Source: Octopus bimaculoides
Taxonomy: Eukaryota
Direction: 5' to 3'
Assembly (NCBI RefSeq): GCF_001194135.2
Contig: NC_068981.1
Coordinates: 96,551,214 to 96,615,213, forward strand
Length of the DNA stretch: 64,000 bases
The notes under the pieces are model-generated. The model was given only the letters and a program-made list of their open reading frames with translations. It had not been told where the DNA came from and ran no database searches. Shown here one piece after another: positions 52,182 to 64,000 of the stretch (position 1 is its first letter; each line of letters opens with the position of its first letter). Both the position numbers and the translations under genes were made by a program.

Positions 52182-52678
52182 TATTACCAAGTTTTCATTT
52201 CTCAGCCTATTAACCAGGTTACAATTTTATTCATCATCAAAATCATTGTCATCATCATTATTATTCACAAATACATTAGAGCAGCAATTTTTCAATAGCC
52301 AGATGTCTTTTCACTTAGTTCCTCAGTGTCATGGCTGAATTAGAATTCAAGGCAATAAACTACTAAACTATTAAGCTACAATGAATAATTAGTTCTTACA
52401 CACTTAATCACCTCAGTAACTCCCCATTCCCATTTTGTTTTAAGCCAACAAGGGAAAATATACATGTGAAATCCACCAGAAATATACTGCAGATAATATC
52501 CTGCCATCTTTTAAAAAAGGCCTGTCAGATGTGGTCTTGGGTTCCCTGTATATAGGAAAAAGATGGGATGGCCACAACTGGAATACCTTTGATCATAGGT
52601 CTACTCAATCAAGGCTGACTTAGGGTGAAACATTAACAACAACACCCATTTTGGTTGATTCAGTTTTATTTTAACAAA

Positions 52679-52830
52679 GGCATGGTCGTGTGGTTTATTT
52701 TACTTCCCAACCATGTGGTTTGGGGTTCAGTCACACCATGTAACACCTTGAGTGTCTTCTACTATAGCCCAAAGCTGACCAAAGCCTTGTGAATGAATTT
52801 AGCAGATGGAAACTGAAAGAAGATCATTAT
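52679..52830 (+). mobile_element. OK/OR-type SINE 5' half, CpG-decayed
   Basis: cttcccaaccatgtggtttggggttcagtc...gtgtcttctactatagcc...gaaactgaaagaag. Confidence 0.7.
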
Positions 52831-53162
52831 ATGTGTGAGTATGTGCAAGTGTGTGTGTCTTCTGTGTCTGGTTTACAGCTTGCCTGCTTCAATGGAAATT
52901 TGCAATGCACAGGCAGTGTCGTTGTCAGTTCTCTTGTCAACTAATTGTTCTCTTCAAACCTTCAAAGCCACATGAAATAAGAGGTCAGTTACTTGAAAAA
53001 GCAGGTATAGTTTTAATGACTAGAAGGGTATTTCATTGTAAAATACTGCCTCAATAACACGTTCACTTAACCCATGCAAGCTTGGAAACACAGACACAAA
53101 AATAAACTAATGAAATAAATTTCAGGTTAGTGGAAAATTAAGTTGATCTAAATAGGATTTAA

Positions 53163-53382
53163 CCCTTTAGTATTCAGATTTCTCTGTCAAATGTAATGCT
53201 TATTTATTCACATTGATTTCAATTCTTCATGCATTATCTCATCACTTCAAGATTTCAATGATGTGATTGTATATTTTTAGAATGACATTGTAGAATAGGT
53301 GTGATATGCTGGATCTGATCACTTTGAACATAAAACAAGTAGAATATTCAGATCAGATTTTGCAGGTTTAAACGCTAAAGGG
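53163..53382. mobile_element. piggyBac-type MITE
   Basis: TTAA|ccctttag ... ctaaaggg|TTAA. Confidence 0.88.
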
Positions 53383-55404
53383 TTAAACCAGAGTCATGTT
53401 TTAAAATTGCTATTAACAAGCGAGAATTTTGACATGCTTATTAATGCATTAGCTCATATACTCAATACACTCTAATATGCAAATGAAATATGAACTTTCA
53501 ATCTACTACAACCAACACAAAAACTATAACTTCCTCAAAGTATAAAGAATCAGATATACTTTTATAATCTAAGCTTGTTCAGTGAATTGACAAATGTAAC
53601 TATAGAGACATCTCCACTCCTTCCAAAGGCAGCAGCTGCATGATAGTAAACTGAATAGTCAATGAACAAAAATTGGGATAAACCCTCTAATCAAACAATA
53701 GCTAAGCCACAAGAAAAATCATCATTTCTTTATCTACAGAATAATTAAGAATAAGACCAAGAGTTTGAGCCAACAACAAATATACTGATTCCTTTTATAC
53801 TCCAAACCAATATATTTTTAAGAGGACCTCAGCAATCAATAAACAAAACCAATAGATAAGAGTGAACAGATTATAAAGACAGTCATATATCAACACAATC
53901 TTACTGCTACCATCTATCAATGGAAAACATTTAAATTTTAAAATCTACAAATGAAAGTTAATTTTATAACAAATCAAACATTCTCTTTTTATCAATGAAA
54001 ATAATTTTCCAACACATTTAAAAATTTTGAAGGCATATAGTACTATAAATTATTTTTTTAAATCCTATAAAAAATTGAAAAAGAAAAACAATATTTTGAA
54101 ATGAAAAACCAACAATTTTTTTCTCATGGAAATAAATGAAAAACGGATATGTAGACAGATATAGCCTGCATCAAATTAGATGCTGTTCATGAGTAGAACC
54201 TGTTGCACAGTTGCAAAGGCAGAGGTATGTTGCTTTTATGAATACATATCAAATTAGAGAGCTATAAAATGAAATATATTTGAGATTAACTCTATTAATA
54301 ATAATTCACTCAATGTTAACACTCTCAAGGTTCCTAGTTGCTGTAAAAATGACAAAAAAATTATACCAGTTTAATGAGTTTGAGTGTCAAGGAAAGAAAC
54401 TTAAAAGAGGAAACTCTTGAGCTAAGACTTTGGGTTGAGTGTTATGTAAAATGATTATCACAATTGCTCTGATGTGCTCAAATTAAGTGTAACAGGTAAA
54501 GTCAGAGGAGGAGGGGTAGTGTCTATGTGTTTTGAGGACTCCCCAAGCTTGATAAGATTGATGCAATTGTTGTTTAATCTGAACATTTGAATGTTAATAT
54601 TTGCAGGAAAAGCAAGGGCGAGGAGGGAGAATAGATTGTTGCGGTTTGGGAGAAGGAATGGAAAAATGTCCAGTGCTGTATCTAAGAGGTGATTCAGTGT
54701 GGATGGCAAAAAGAAAAGACATGGGTTAGGTTCAGAGTTTTCCACTAGGTAATTCAGAAAAGCAGTAGCCATTTTAGTAGGGCCACAGATCTGTGAGGTA
54801 GTGATTATAACATGCTGGCAACTGAATCAAATGGTTCTTGTCTTGCAAATTACTTGGTGACTTTGATGGTGCCATATAAAAAGCATCCAGTACATATAGT
54901 AAAGTGGTTAGCATTAGGAAGGACATCCAACTGTAGAAACCATACCAAAGCAAACAGTAGAGCTTATGCAGTCCTCTGGCTTGCCAGCTCCAGTCAAACT
55001 GTCCAACCCATGCCAACATGGAAAATGGTGATATATATATATGTGGGCTTCTTTCAGTTTCTGTCTACAAAATCCATTCACAAGGTTTTGATCAACCTGA
55101 GCCTACTTGCCCCAGCTTCCACACTATGGGGACTGAACTGGAAAGCATATGGCTGGAGAAGTAAATTTTTAATCACACAACCACACCTGTACCTACCTCA
55201 ATGTCATACACATTTTGTTTTACTTCCAAATTTAGTTTTTATACAAATGAATATGCCCCAAAGCACACACCTGGTTCAGTTCTTACTAAGTCAAATGTAA
55301 AGCAATCAGTAGGAAACATAGACAATCTCCAGCACATTGACTTGGCCAGAAATAGTTGATAGAAAAGACATTAAAAAGTTGTACAGATTCATAACCAATT
55401 ATCA

Positions 55405-55785
55405 CCATCTTTTATATTTCACTTGTTTAAGTCATTGGACTGTGGCCATGTTGGGGAACTACTTTGAAGGGCTTTGTCAGACAAATCAACCCAAGTAATT
55501 ATTTTTAAGCCTTACAACTATTCCATTGGTCTCTTTTGCTAAGCCAGTAAGTTATAGGGACATAAACAAACCAACACTGGTTGTCAAGTGATGATGGGAA
55601 ATAAACACAAACACAAACACACACACACACAATGTGCTTCTTTCAGTTTCTGCCAGCCAAATCTACTCACAAGGATTTTTTCAGCTCAGAGCTATAGTAG
55701 AAGACACTTGCCCAAAATGTCGCACAGTAGAACTGAACCCAAGACCACATGGTTGAGAAGCAACCTTCTTAACCACACAGGAGTG
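55405..55785 (-). mobile_element. OK/OR-type SINE, CpG-decayed
   Basis: Full reverse copy from tttcacttgtttaagtcatt to gcaaccttcttaaccacac. Confidence 0.8.
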
Positions 55786-56624
55786 CAGAAATGAAACTGG
55801 AATAATGCATACATATACATACACATACATATATATACAGACAGATGGATGGATATGGAAGACTATACAGGAATTGCATGTGGCATGTTAAGTGGTGTGG
55901 TATTTGTTATCATATAACAAAGAACAGGAAAATTTTTAGAATTTCTGATAGTCAAAATTCAGTGTTAGGACTGAGCAAAGACAAATTTCATAACAGAAAA
56001 GCAACAGAATAAAAAAAAATTAAGTCAGTAGAAGAAAAGTTCACTTAAACCTGAAAGATATTTCTTTTCATTCCTTAGGTATTTCAAATTATTTATAATT
56101 TCATAATTGAGGAAAAGTTGAGGGTGTGTGAAAGTCTCTTAAACATAATCTATCCTCTCTCTCACGTTTCATTTCCTAGTTTTCTGGGGAAAATCTGGTA
56201 AGACTGACAATAACAGCTTCCTAAAAGTTAGGCCAGCAAAACTTGAAAGTTAGTTGTTAGACAAGGCATGAAAATGTTAGATTAGAGACAGTGATATAAG
56301 ATCGAGACTACAGGAAAGATACTGAATGACAAAACACATCTAACTTATTCCAACATAACAAAATAAATTTTAGAAGAAAGTGTATTATTACCCAAAGAAA
56401 CTGCACTGATGACAATATAAAACAGACTTAGTCAGAATCCTATTCAATCAACAAAGGCATTTCTTAACTACAATCTTTTGGTTCCACTATGTATGTCAGT
56501 ATCTGATTTTATTCAATTAACCTTCATTGACATTTTCTTCTAAGATACCATCCATATAACTATTTATCAATACTAATACTTTGTAACTAAGAAGCTTAAT
56601 CTCAGTAGGAAAAATACTACTTCT

Positions 56625-57010
56625 GTACTTTTATCTTTTACTTGTTTCAGTCATTGGAATGCAGTCACCACCCTGAAAGGTTTTAGTCAAATAAATCGAT
56701 TGCAGTGCTTATTTTTTAAAGTTAGTACTCATTCTGTCAATCTTTTGCTGAACTACTAAGTTACAAGAACACAAACTAATAGTAGCTATCAAAGCTGTGG
56801 TGGGGGACAAACACACATCCACTCATATAGTTATATACATACATATATATATACAATAGGTTTCTTTTAGATTCCATCCACCAAATCCACTCATAAAGCT
56901 TTGGTCAGCCTGGGGTTATAGCAGAAGACACTTGCCTAAGGTGCTATGAAATGGCACTGAACCCAGAACCATGTGATTGGGAAGCAAACTTTTTACCATA
57001 GTCATGGCTG
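56625..57010 (-). mobile_element. OK/OR-type SINE, CpG-decayed
   Basis: Full reverse copy from ttttatcttttacttgtttcagtc to gggaagcaaactttttacc. Confidence 0.8.
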
Positions 57011-57160
57011 CAATTATGATTCAGTTAAATTTTCCCATGAATTTCAGTCTTATGGTAGGATAGCACTGTTAAAGCAACTGTAAATCTTACGTTTACTTAA
57101 GAAAATGGTGAAGAGGATCGGTAAAAAAAAAATAAAATAAAATCAATGTTGTTTACTTAC

Positions 57161-57347
57161 CCGCCAGCACGTCTTTTGTCAGCTTTATCTTCTGAACCCG
57201 GTGATTTGTTAGCATTATCTATGTGTGGTGGTGAACTAACTGAAGATGACGATGATGATGGTGGAGGAGGTGGTGGTGGCGGTGGTGGTGGTGGTGAAGT
57301 TTGAATTTGTTCATAAAAGTTGAATTTAGCTTGATCGATATCTTCCC
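57161..57347 (-). CDS. MNT: MNT coding exon 2 (Pro/Ser-rich linker)
   Basis: tgtgcag|GG GAA GAT ... GCT GGC GG|gtaagt, 187 nt, open and in phase with exons 1 and 3. Encodes (G)EDIDQAKFNFYEQIQTS P12 S6 VSSPPHIDNANKSPGSEDKADKRRAG(G); the end resembles the MNT KKRPGG pre-basic motif. Confidence 0.92.
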
Positions 57348-60300
57348 CTGCACAGAAGAGAGAGAAAAAGAAAGAAAAAAAAGAACAAGAGACATTACAA
57401 GCAGAAAATATAATTGTTGAACATTTAAGTTCACCTTTTGTTATAACTGAGAGCTACAACTGGCCAAACTATGAGGATACTAGGCCGTTGGCCAATGAGA
57501 TTATTGAGTTCATTCATACCCAATCATCAACACAGACATAAAAAAAAATTTTAATCTGAATGCCTAAATTCACCAAGTCTAAAAGTTGGTTATAGCACTG
57601 TATATCTGACAAGTTTTTTATCAGCCAACAGAGCATCACTCAACACAAAGATAACAGGAAACCACTTAAGATTCACTAGCAACTCAATGGGTTAAGAAGT
57701 TGGTAGTAATGAAACAATATGGAAAATATAAAGAATTTTATTAGATGAAAGGATATTGTTTGAGGTCTAAGGCTAAACAGACTATGATAAACAGAATAAA
57801 TATATTTTCATCCTAATGATTTTAAGACAGTGGATTACCCAGATTTTATCCTAAGACAGATTTATCTTTCATCTATTTAACACCTTGAATTCAGAACTAA
57901 ACACCAACTTTTAAAAGTCATTCAAGGGCTATTTACAATATATTTATGAGATAGGAACTGCTAGGTAGTTTCTTTGCATGCTTGTTTACTATGAATTGTA
58001 AGATGCCCAGCATCTTCAAATATAGTTAGCACTTATAAGAGCTGGGTGCAGAATTCGATCACTGGAAAGCCACAAAGGGGCACATATGTATTTGATAAGC
58101 CTCTTCCAAAAAAAAAAAAAAAAAATTGTTAAAGACTGTACAATCCCTTGAATTTTGATAGTTCAACCCATCCCACAAAGCTCAAAAGTAATCTCATTCT
58201 GTCTTGCAAAATTTTTCAGAGGCCCTGAACATATAAAGTACATCAAAGCTGTCAGTCTGAATCAGACTCTACAGCTGCAAAAAAAAATTGTATAAATGTG
58301 TACTTTAAGACAGGGTAACCGATTTAGTATTAAAAAAAAATCAACAATCTGAACACATCCTGTGAAAAACAGAAATCTGTCACATAGACTGTACCTGTTC
58401 TTGGGTGGTAGATTTAAATCTGTCACCAGGTTTAACACTACCCCTTTGACTTTGAGTACCTTTAGAGGGATCCACTCTGCTGCAAGCATTCAGACTAGGT
58501 CTCTAGTCCAAAGATAACTCAGTATACTTGTATGTTGCTTCCTACTGCAGCAACACATAAGATGTGGTTTATTGTCCCTTTCCTCCATCAAGTCTTGGAG
58601 ACTCTGCAAAAGGTCGTGGTCATTCACTGCCCTGTTCTCCTCTGACTAAGCCATATAAAAGAAAATAATAAAACAGCCGATTACATGAAGGCATTCATCT
58701 TCACTTCATTGTTTCCTTTCACTTTCTTTTTCTCCATTCAGCCAACCATTTTCAAAATATCATATTTCTATAAACAATCCTTTAACTAGGATTAAAGCCC
58801 AATAATACAAACAATTAGGAAATTCTATTCTACCAAGAAAAATAGTCACAGTACAAAAATAGAGTTTCTTTCTTTGAATGGTTTGTTATGCTGCCATCTT
58901 TTACAGATTTTGATATTCTTATATCATAAAATTATATGATCCCCTAAAATCTGACTTTGACAAACTTGAAAATAAATGATATTTATAATATACTGTTAAA
59001 CAACTACAGCTAAAATATTACAGTTACTCCTACATTCAATTTGATTTATATATATGAATTTATAATTCGTATATGTGACTCAAAAATGTAATATTGTGGC
59101 TTTTATACCTCTTCTTAAGAAGCATTAGCCAAGTATTTAAGACTGTATGTGTTTGTGATGAATTCCATAAATGATATCTTGCAGAGTTAAAGCACCTTAA
59201 AAAACCCGGAAATTTGAGACACTGATGTCTTTCTCAAGGATACTGATGGTTTAATAATTGAAGCAGTCATAACTGAGTACTGAAATTGAGAACATATTCT
59301 ATAGCCATTGAAAGTAAATCAAATTCCTACAAGACACTGAAACTGTCTCCAAGCTGACGTACCCAATATTACCTGCCCATTTGTTTAATAAACAGACTGT
59401 TACCAGAGAACACAAGAGTAAACTGAGATTAAAATCGATTTCGGAGTTAGTCTTTGACTGAAAAATGTATGACAAAGAAAGTGAGAATAAATTTGTTGTG
59501 ACATAAATTTCGATTACCAGATTTCAAAAGTTTATTTCCTTGGAGTCTTAATTTGATACACATGAATTTTCAAGACCATTCTCAGCAAGTTCTCCAGTGT
59601 ATCAAAGCAGCTAAATTAAATAATCACTCATGTAGGGAATTATTAAAAGGTCAAGATTTCAATGCCAAACAAACAAGGTCGAGCTGACATTTCCTTCAGT
59701 CTTATATTAAGACTTTGTCCCTTCCTTTATGATGTAACACGAAAAGGAAATTCCACCTGCGCACACACATATATACACACACAACAGCAGGCATTATTAA
59801 AACGTAAATTTTATTAGAACGATTAAACAAAACATCAACAGAATCTTATTCCATTTGTTGAGACTCATTAATGTGGGCTACATGCACACAAAATAAGGTG
59901 CTAATGAATCAAAACAATATTATAACATGTGACATAAACTATGGAAGTGTCATAGCTGGTTAATAACGATCATCATTTGTGTCAATGAATAGTGTAAATC
60001 TAAGTTTGAGGGATCGTGCCCTATTCACGTCTTGTTTATAGACAATACATTCTCTGAAAGGGGGTATGGGAGGATTTGAAACTAATATTCTGTCCACCCA
60101 AGCACCAAAAGAGTTATCAAAAATATAAAACAACGTTGATAGTTTCAACAGTAAATATATTTTAATGCTAACAATCAAGTATAACTTGGTATTTTATCCA
60201 GAAAATAAATGTGCGTTTCTAATATATTAAAAAAAAATACCTGTGGACAACCAGTAAAAGTATTTTTAGATATCTGATTATGCTTTTTAGAGAAGGGAGG

Positions 60301-61586
60301 GAGAGAGAGGTGCGTCTGCAAATAGTGCCAACACCATGAGGAGGCATAAGACACATGCCAGAGTGAGACTAATAGATTTATAAACAAACAGGAAGCAATA
60401 AGTCAGTTGCCTCTCTTTCAAAAACACCTCCTACAAATCGGCAATTAATGCACAGAAAATTTAAATTATAATAATTAGCTGCTCACAAACGCAAACAGAG
60501 GCGCAGACATTATACATATATATATGCATATATATCATATACAAACACATGCATGTAACCAGGAAAATTTACAAAAAAAAAATCTTGAAATACATAAGCG
60601 ATGCAAACTTTAGTATCGAGTAGAGTTTATTTTTGTCCACATCACTCACAGTTTTCTTTGAAACAATAACTAATATATTATCGGCTGTCAAGTAGTAAAT
60701 TTTAGTACAGATCAAATAGCACGATTTTTAACTGAGGTTACGTTTCTAACCTAACAACGGGATGTTGAAATCAGGATCTGCAGAAATTGCATAGAGAAAA
60801 TATTTATAGCATGGAAATCATATGAATTGAGATTATTAGTCTGACTAAATATTCAGTTCAACCAAGAAACTGGTTAGAAATATCAATATTAAAAAAATTA
60901 AGGCGATCAGTAGATTTATTGAGTTTTATTCATTAGTATAGCAATGTAAGGCAAAATATACGAAAGCAGGATGTGAATAAACATTAATATACAGGAAAAT
61001 AAGACATTTGTGTACATGGAAAGAAAGTGCAAACAGGTTTACATGCATCGGTGTATATTGAAATTGGGATTATGTGAGAAATGGATAGATCCAACAAAAG
61101 AATGAGCTTTTGACAATAAGTGAGCATGAAATGGGTTTCATCACAAGGTTTGGGGCAGACGATAGCTTTTGTGACTAGTGTATAAATGGAAAGCTTTCGT
61201 GATTATTGCTTAAAGAGTTTAGTTCTTCGTATTTGACAAACAAGTTAGCAACATGACAGCGAGATCAATCTCACTGAAAGGTTTATATACATATATACAC
61301 AACAGAAAAAAGAACTGGTACCAGCAGTAGCCAAAGACCTGAATATCAAAGCAGGCTTAATGCGAGAGTTGGTGGGGAGTTGCAAAGCTGAGCAAAGGCA
61401 ACAGCAGGTGCGCAGTGGTGCATCGGCTGTATATGTTATCAGGGAAAAGAAAAGAGGGGAAAGGGAAATATGTACCAGCTATTAAGAAGATGGAGCCGTT
61501 GTTGCTGCTGCCTCAGCTGCTATTGTTGTTAAAAGTCGATGTCTGCTGGTACCAAAGCCAAAGAGACCATGTGCTTTTCTACTCAC

Positions 61587-61653
61587 CACGTGCTTTGGCA
61601 CGAGATTTCCATTCCACATAATCCGCCGCCGCCAACAACGTCTCCAGACTCAT
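61587..61653 (-). CDS. MNT: MNT coding exon 1 (start codon + Sin3-interaction domain)
   Basis: Minus strand reads gctATG AGT CTG GAG ACG TTG TTG GCG GCG GCG GAT TAT GTG GAA TGG ... GCA CGT G|gtgagt = MSLETLLAAADYVEWKSRAKAR. This resembles the MNT/MXD SID (human MSIETLLEAARFLEW). Canonical donor, phase 1. Confidence 0.95.
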
Positions 61654-62960
61654 AGCCTGCCGTCTCTCTCCTCAACTCTCGCTTGCCTCCGTAGTTTCCA
61701 GATCTTTCCAAAAACTTTTAAAGGACTCTTGGATTTCTCAAGATGTCTTCTCCCCTCCTCCCCAGCAATTAGTAAATCCTCTCCGGTCAAGAGAGTGCAC
61801 CGTCACGTGTTTTTCTCGTCACGACTTGCTTTGTCTTTGTCTTTTTTTTTTTTTTTTTACCGACGGAGTAAGTTGTGCAATCAATATTCACGTTCGAATC
61901 ACTGATATAAACATAAAAAGACTTGTTTAAGGCAAATATCGACTGAAGTAATTGTAATGATAGGAATGACAATAAACTCACGTCGCGTTGTGATCTGATG
62001 TTATAATGAAATAAGGCTACTGATGCATTAGGTTATCGATGTGCATCTATTATGGCCTCTGCTGCTTACTCCAGAATGCAGACGCTATATATTTGTAACA
62101 AGAAAAACACATGTAGAAGGAGCACGTGAAAAGATGGAAAAGAATACACAAAATACAGAATGCTAGGTCTTCCTAGCAGGACAAGTTGGATGGGCTGATT
62201 TTGTCTTCTAAGTGTGAAACAATCACACTGATTTCCTTTTTTTCTTTTACTTCTTTTTTGTTTTTATTCTCCTGATTTTAACACATTTTATGTCGATCGG
62301 CAAACTACCGATTGCATTTATACGACTAAAGAAGCTATGTAGGATTTGCTCATTCATACGACATATTTCAGAAGATACGACATACCATCAGTTCAAACGT
62401 AAATGGGGTGGGAAGTATTCAACATCCGATGTACTATTTCATGAGATTTTAAATTTACATTAGTGTCTAGTATTTCCTTTCATTTCTTATTTCCACGATT
62501 CATCTATTAACATAACACTTTTTTTTCCTAGATGAATACGATTTGTATAATCCAGTCTATAAGCATGTGGCCTGTAAGGTGCGTCCCACTCCCACTTCTC
62601 GGGTATATAGATATATATCTCAAGTGCCAAAAATGAGTATCCTTCGTGGCTGTATATGTTTTTGTATTCATGTAATTTGTATAGATTTTCTTCGATTATG
62701 ATGTATATCTGTATTATTTCATGTCTAGCAATGTTATATGGTCTTATGAGAGACAATGTATCATGGCGGCAGCACATCAAAACATGACAGAACACCGATG
62801 ACGCTGCGAACACGTGGAGCAATGATAGACAACTCTTACCGGATCGACCAATGCTACTACCCTGATGTGTACAATCGGCAACCTTATTGTCCAATCATAG
62901 CAGCTTGTTTTGACGTCATCACCATGGAGCTTGCGGATGCCCCGCCTTCACCACGTTGGT
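61654..62960 (-). promoter_or_regulatory. MNT 5' UTR and CpG-rich promoter region
   Basis: About 260 nt upstream of the start codon contain no ATG on the minus strand. CpG is retained. Motifs: CACGTG at 61804, 62123, 62811; YY1-like ATGGCGGC 62763-62770; CCAAT 62848 and 62891; perfect CRE TGACGTCA 62911-62918; GC box 62939-62946. The TSS cannot be determined from sequence alone. Confidence 0.7.
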
Positions 62961-63545
62961 AAAAATCACATGGCTGCTTCTACGTGCTTGTTGAGCAGGA
63001 CTGTTTTTCAGCCATAAGAAACTAAACATTCGATACCGCTATTTCTATGTTCAGTCGATTTTTTTTCGAGAATTGTTCCCGAATAAAATCATATTATCCT
63101 CTGAAAGCATTTGACGCGATTTCAATGCATGACGTTCAACTTTTCTGAATGTGTTGTTTATTATTAGCCTATCTACCATGTGTTTCCTTTATTTATCTCT
63201 CTCTCTTTCTTTCTCTCTCATTAAATAGGTGTGTATGTACGTATTTTACTTTCTAAGCTGATCTCTTAAGAGCTAGTTGGTTATAGGAACGCGCTTCTAG
63301 ATACTCATATATTTAAATATATTTCCACAACATTTCAATAATTCCACTTAATTTAATGTTCATATGATCTACAATAAGTAACAATAGAAATGTATGACCC
63401 ATGACAACAATCGAAGGATACTCATTTTGCAATGTAAATAATCTTAATATACAAATTTGATCTACCATCGAATAATACTAACGCAGTTTCAACATAACTT
63501 CTGAACAATACACTCACACACACATATATATATTATACACACACA

Positions 63546-63606
<61 letters not shown>

Positions 63607-64000
63607 TATATCCGCTGCCTATGTATATATACACATATACGTATATCTGTGATTGTGTGCGTGTTATATGCGCATGTGTGTAACACACACACATATATTG
63701 TGTCTGTACAAATATACATACGTATAATGTATATATATCATAGATACATTACATAGTATAAAAAGACAACAGATATGTATACATTACTACTACTACTTTT
63801 ATCGACAGAATTTAGAGTAAATCAAGGGCCTAGAATCTCATACATTGGTACTTTATATATATATGTATACTATTTGCAATATAAAACACACATACACACA
63901 TAATACAGATATATCTTATCTTTTACTTGTTTCAGTTATTAGACTGCGGCAATATACACATATTTATATACATGTGATGGTGTAGCAAAAAGTTTGCTTC

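Noticed and set aside
62756-62962. 68-aa plus-strand ORF in the promoter
   Set aside because: Explained by GC-rich promoter motifs; no homology or splice support is visible.

Overview
Eukaryotic, AT-rich, repeat-dense genomic DNA with assembly N-gaps. The SINE, RTE and microsatellite content is typical of Octopus (species identity is my inference). The one clear host gene is MNT (MAX-binding repressor, SID + bHLH-Zip) on the minus strand. Four coding exons were read by hand: 61653-61587, 57347-57161, 50208-50167 and 37997-37886. They splice in frame to MSLETLLAAADYVEWKSRAKARGEDIDQAKFNFYEQIQTS-P12-S6-VSSPPHIDNANKSPGSEDKADKRRAGGAGTREVHNKLEKNRRAHMKECFDGLRNQIPPSEDKKNSNLSILRSALRYIQ. I did not find the leucine-zipper/3' exons. 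The rest is decayed transposons: RTE and CR1/Jockey-like LINEs, mariner/Tc1 elements, hAT, piggyBac and GG-TIR MITEs, a Penelope-like remnant and several SINE families. Best leads: (1) two diverged copies of an ORF1-only zinc-knuckle retroelement that share an unrecognised C-terminal domain, one bounded by a 16-bp TSD inside a mariner; (2) an E-box cluster at the MNT 5' end; (3) an in-frame skippable basic-region exon; (4) a pri-miRNA-like hairpin in MNT intron 3; (5) a MITE with an internal telomere-repeat hairpin; (6) a Penelope-type minimal hammerhead remnant. No rRNA, true tRNA or CRISPR array was seen. TE boundaries are approximate unless TSDs or TIRs are quoted.
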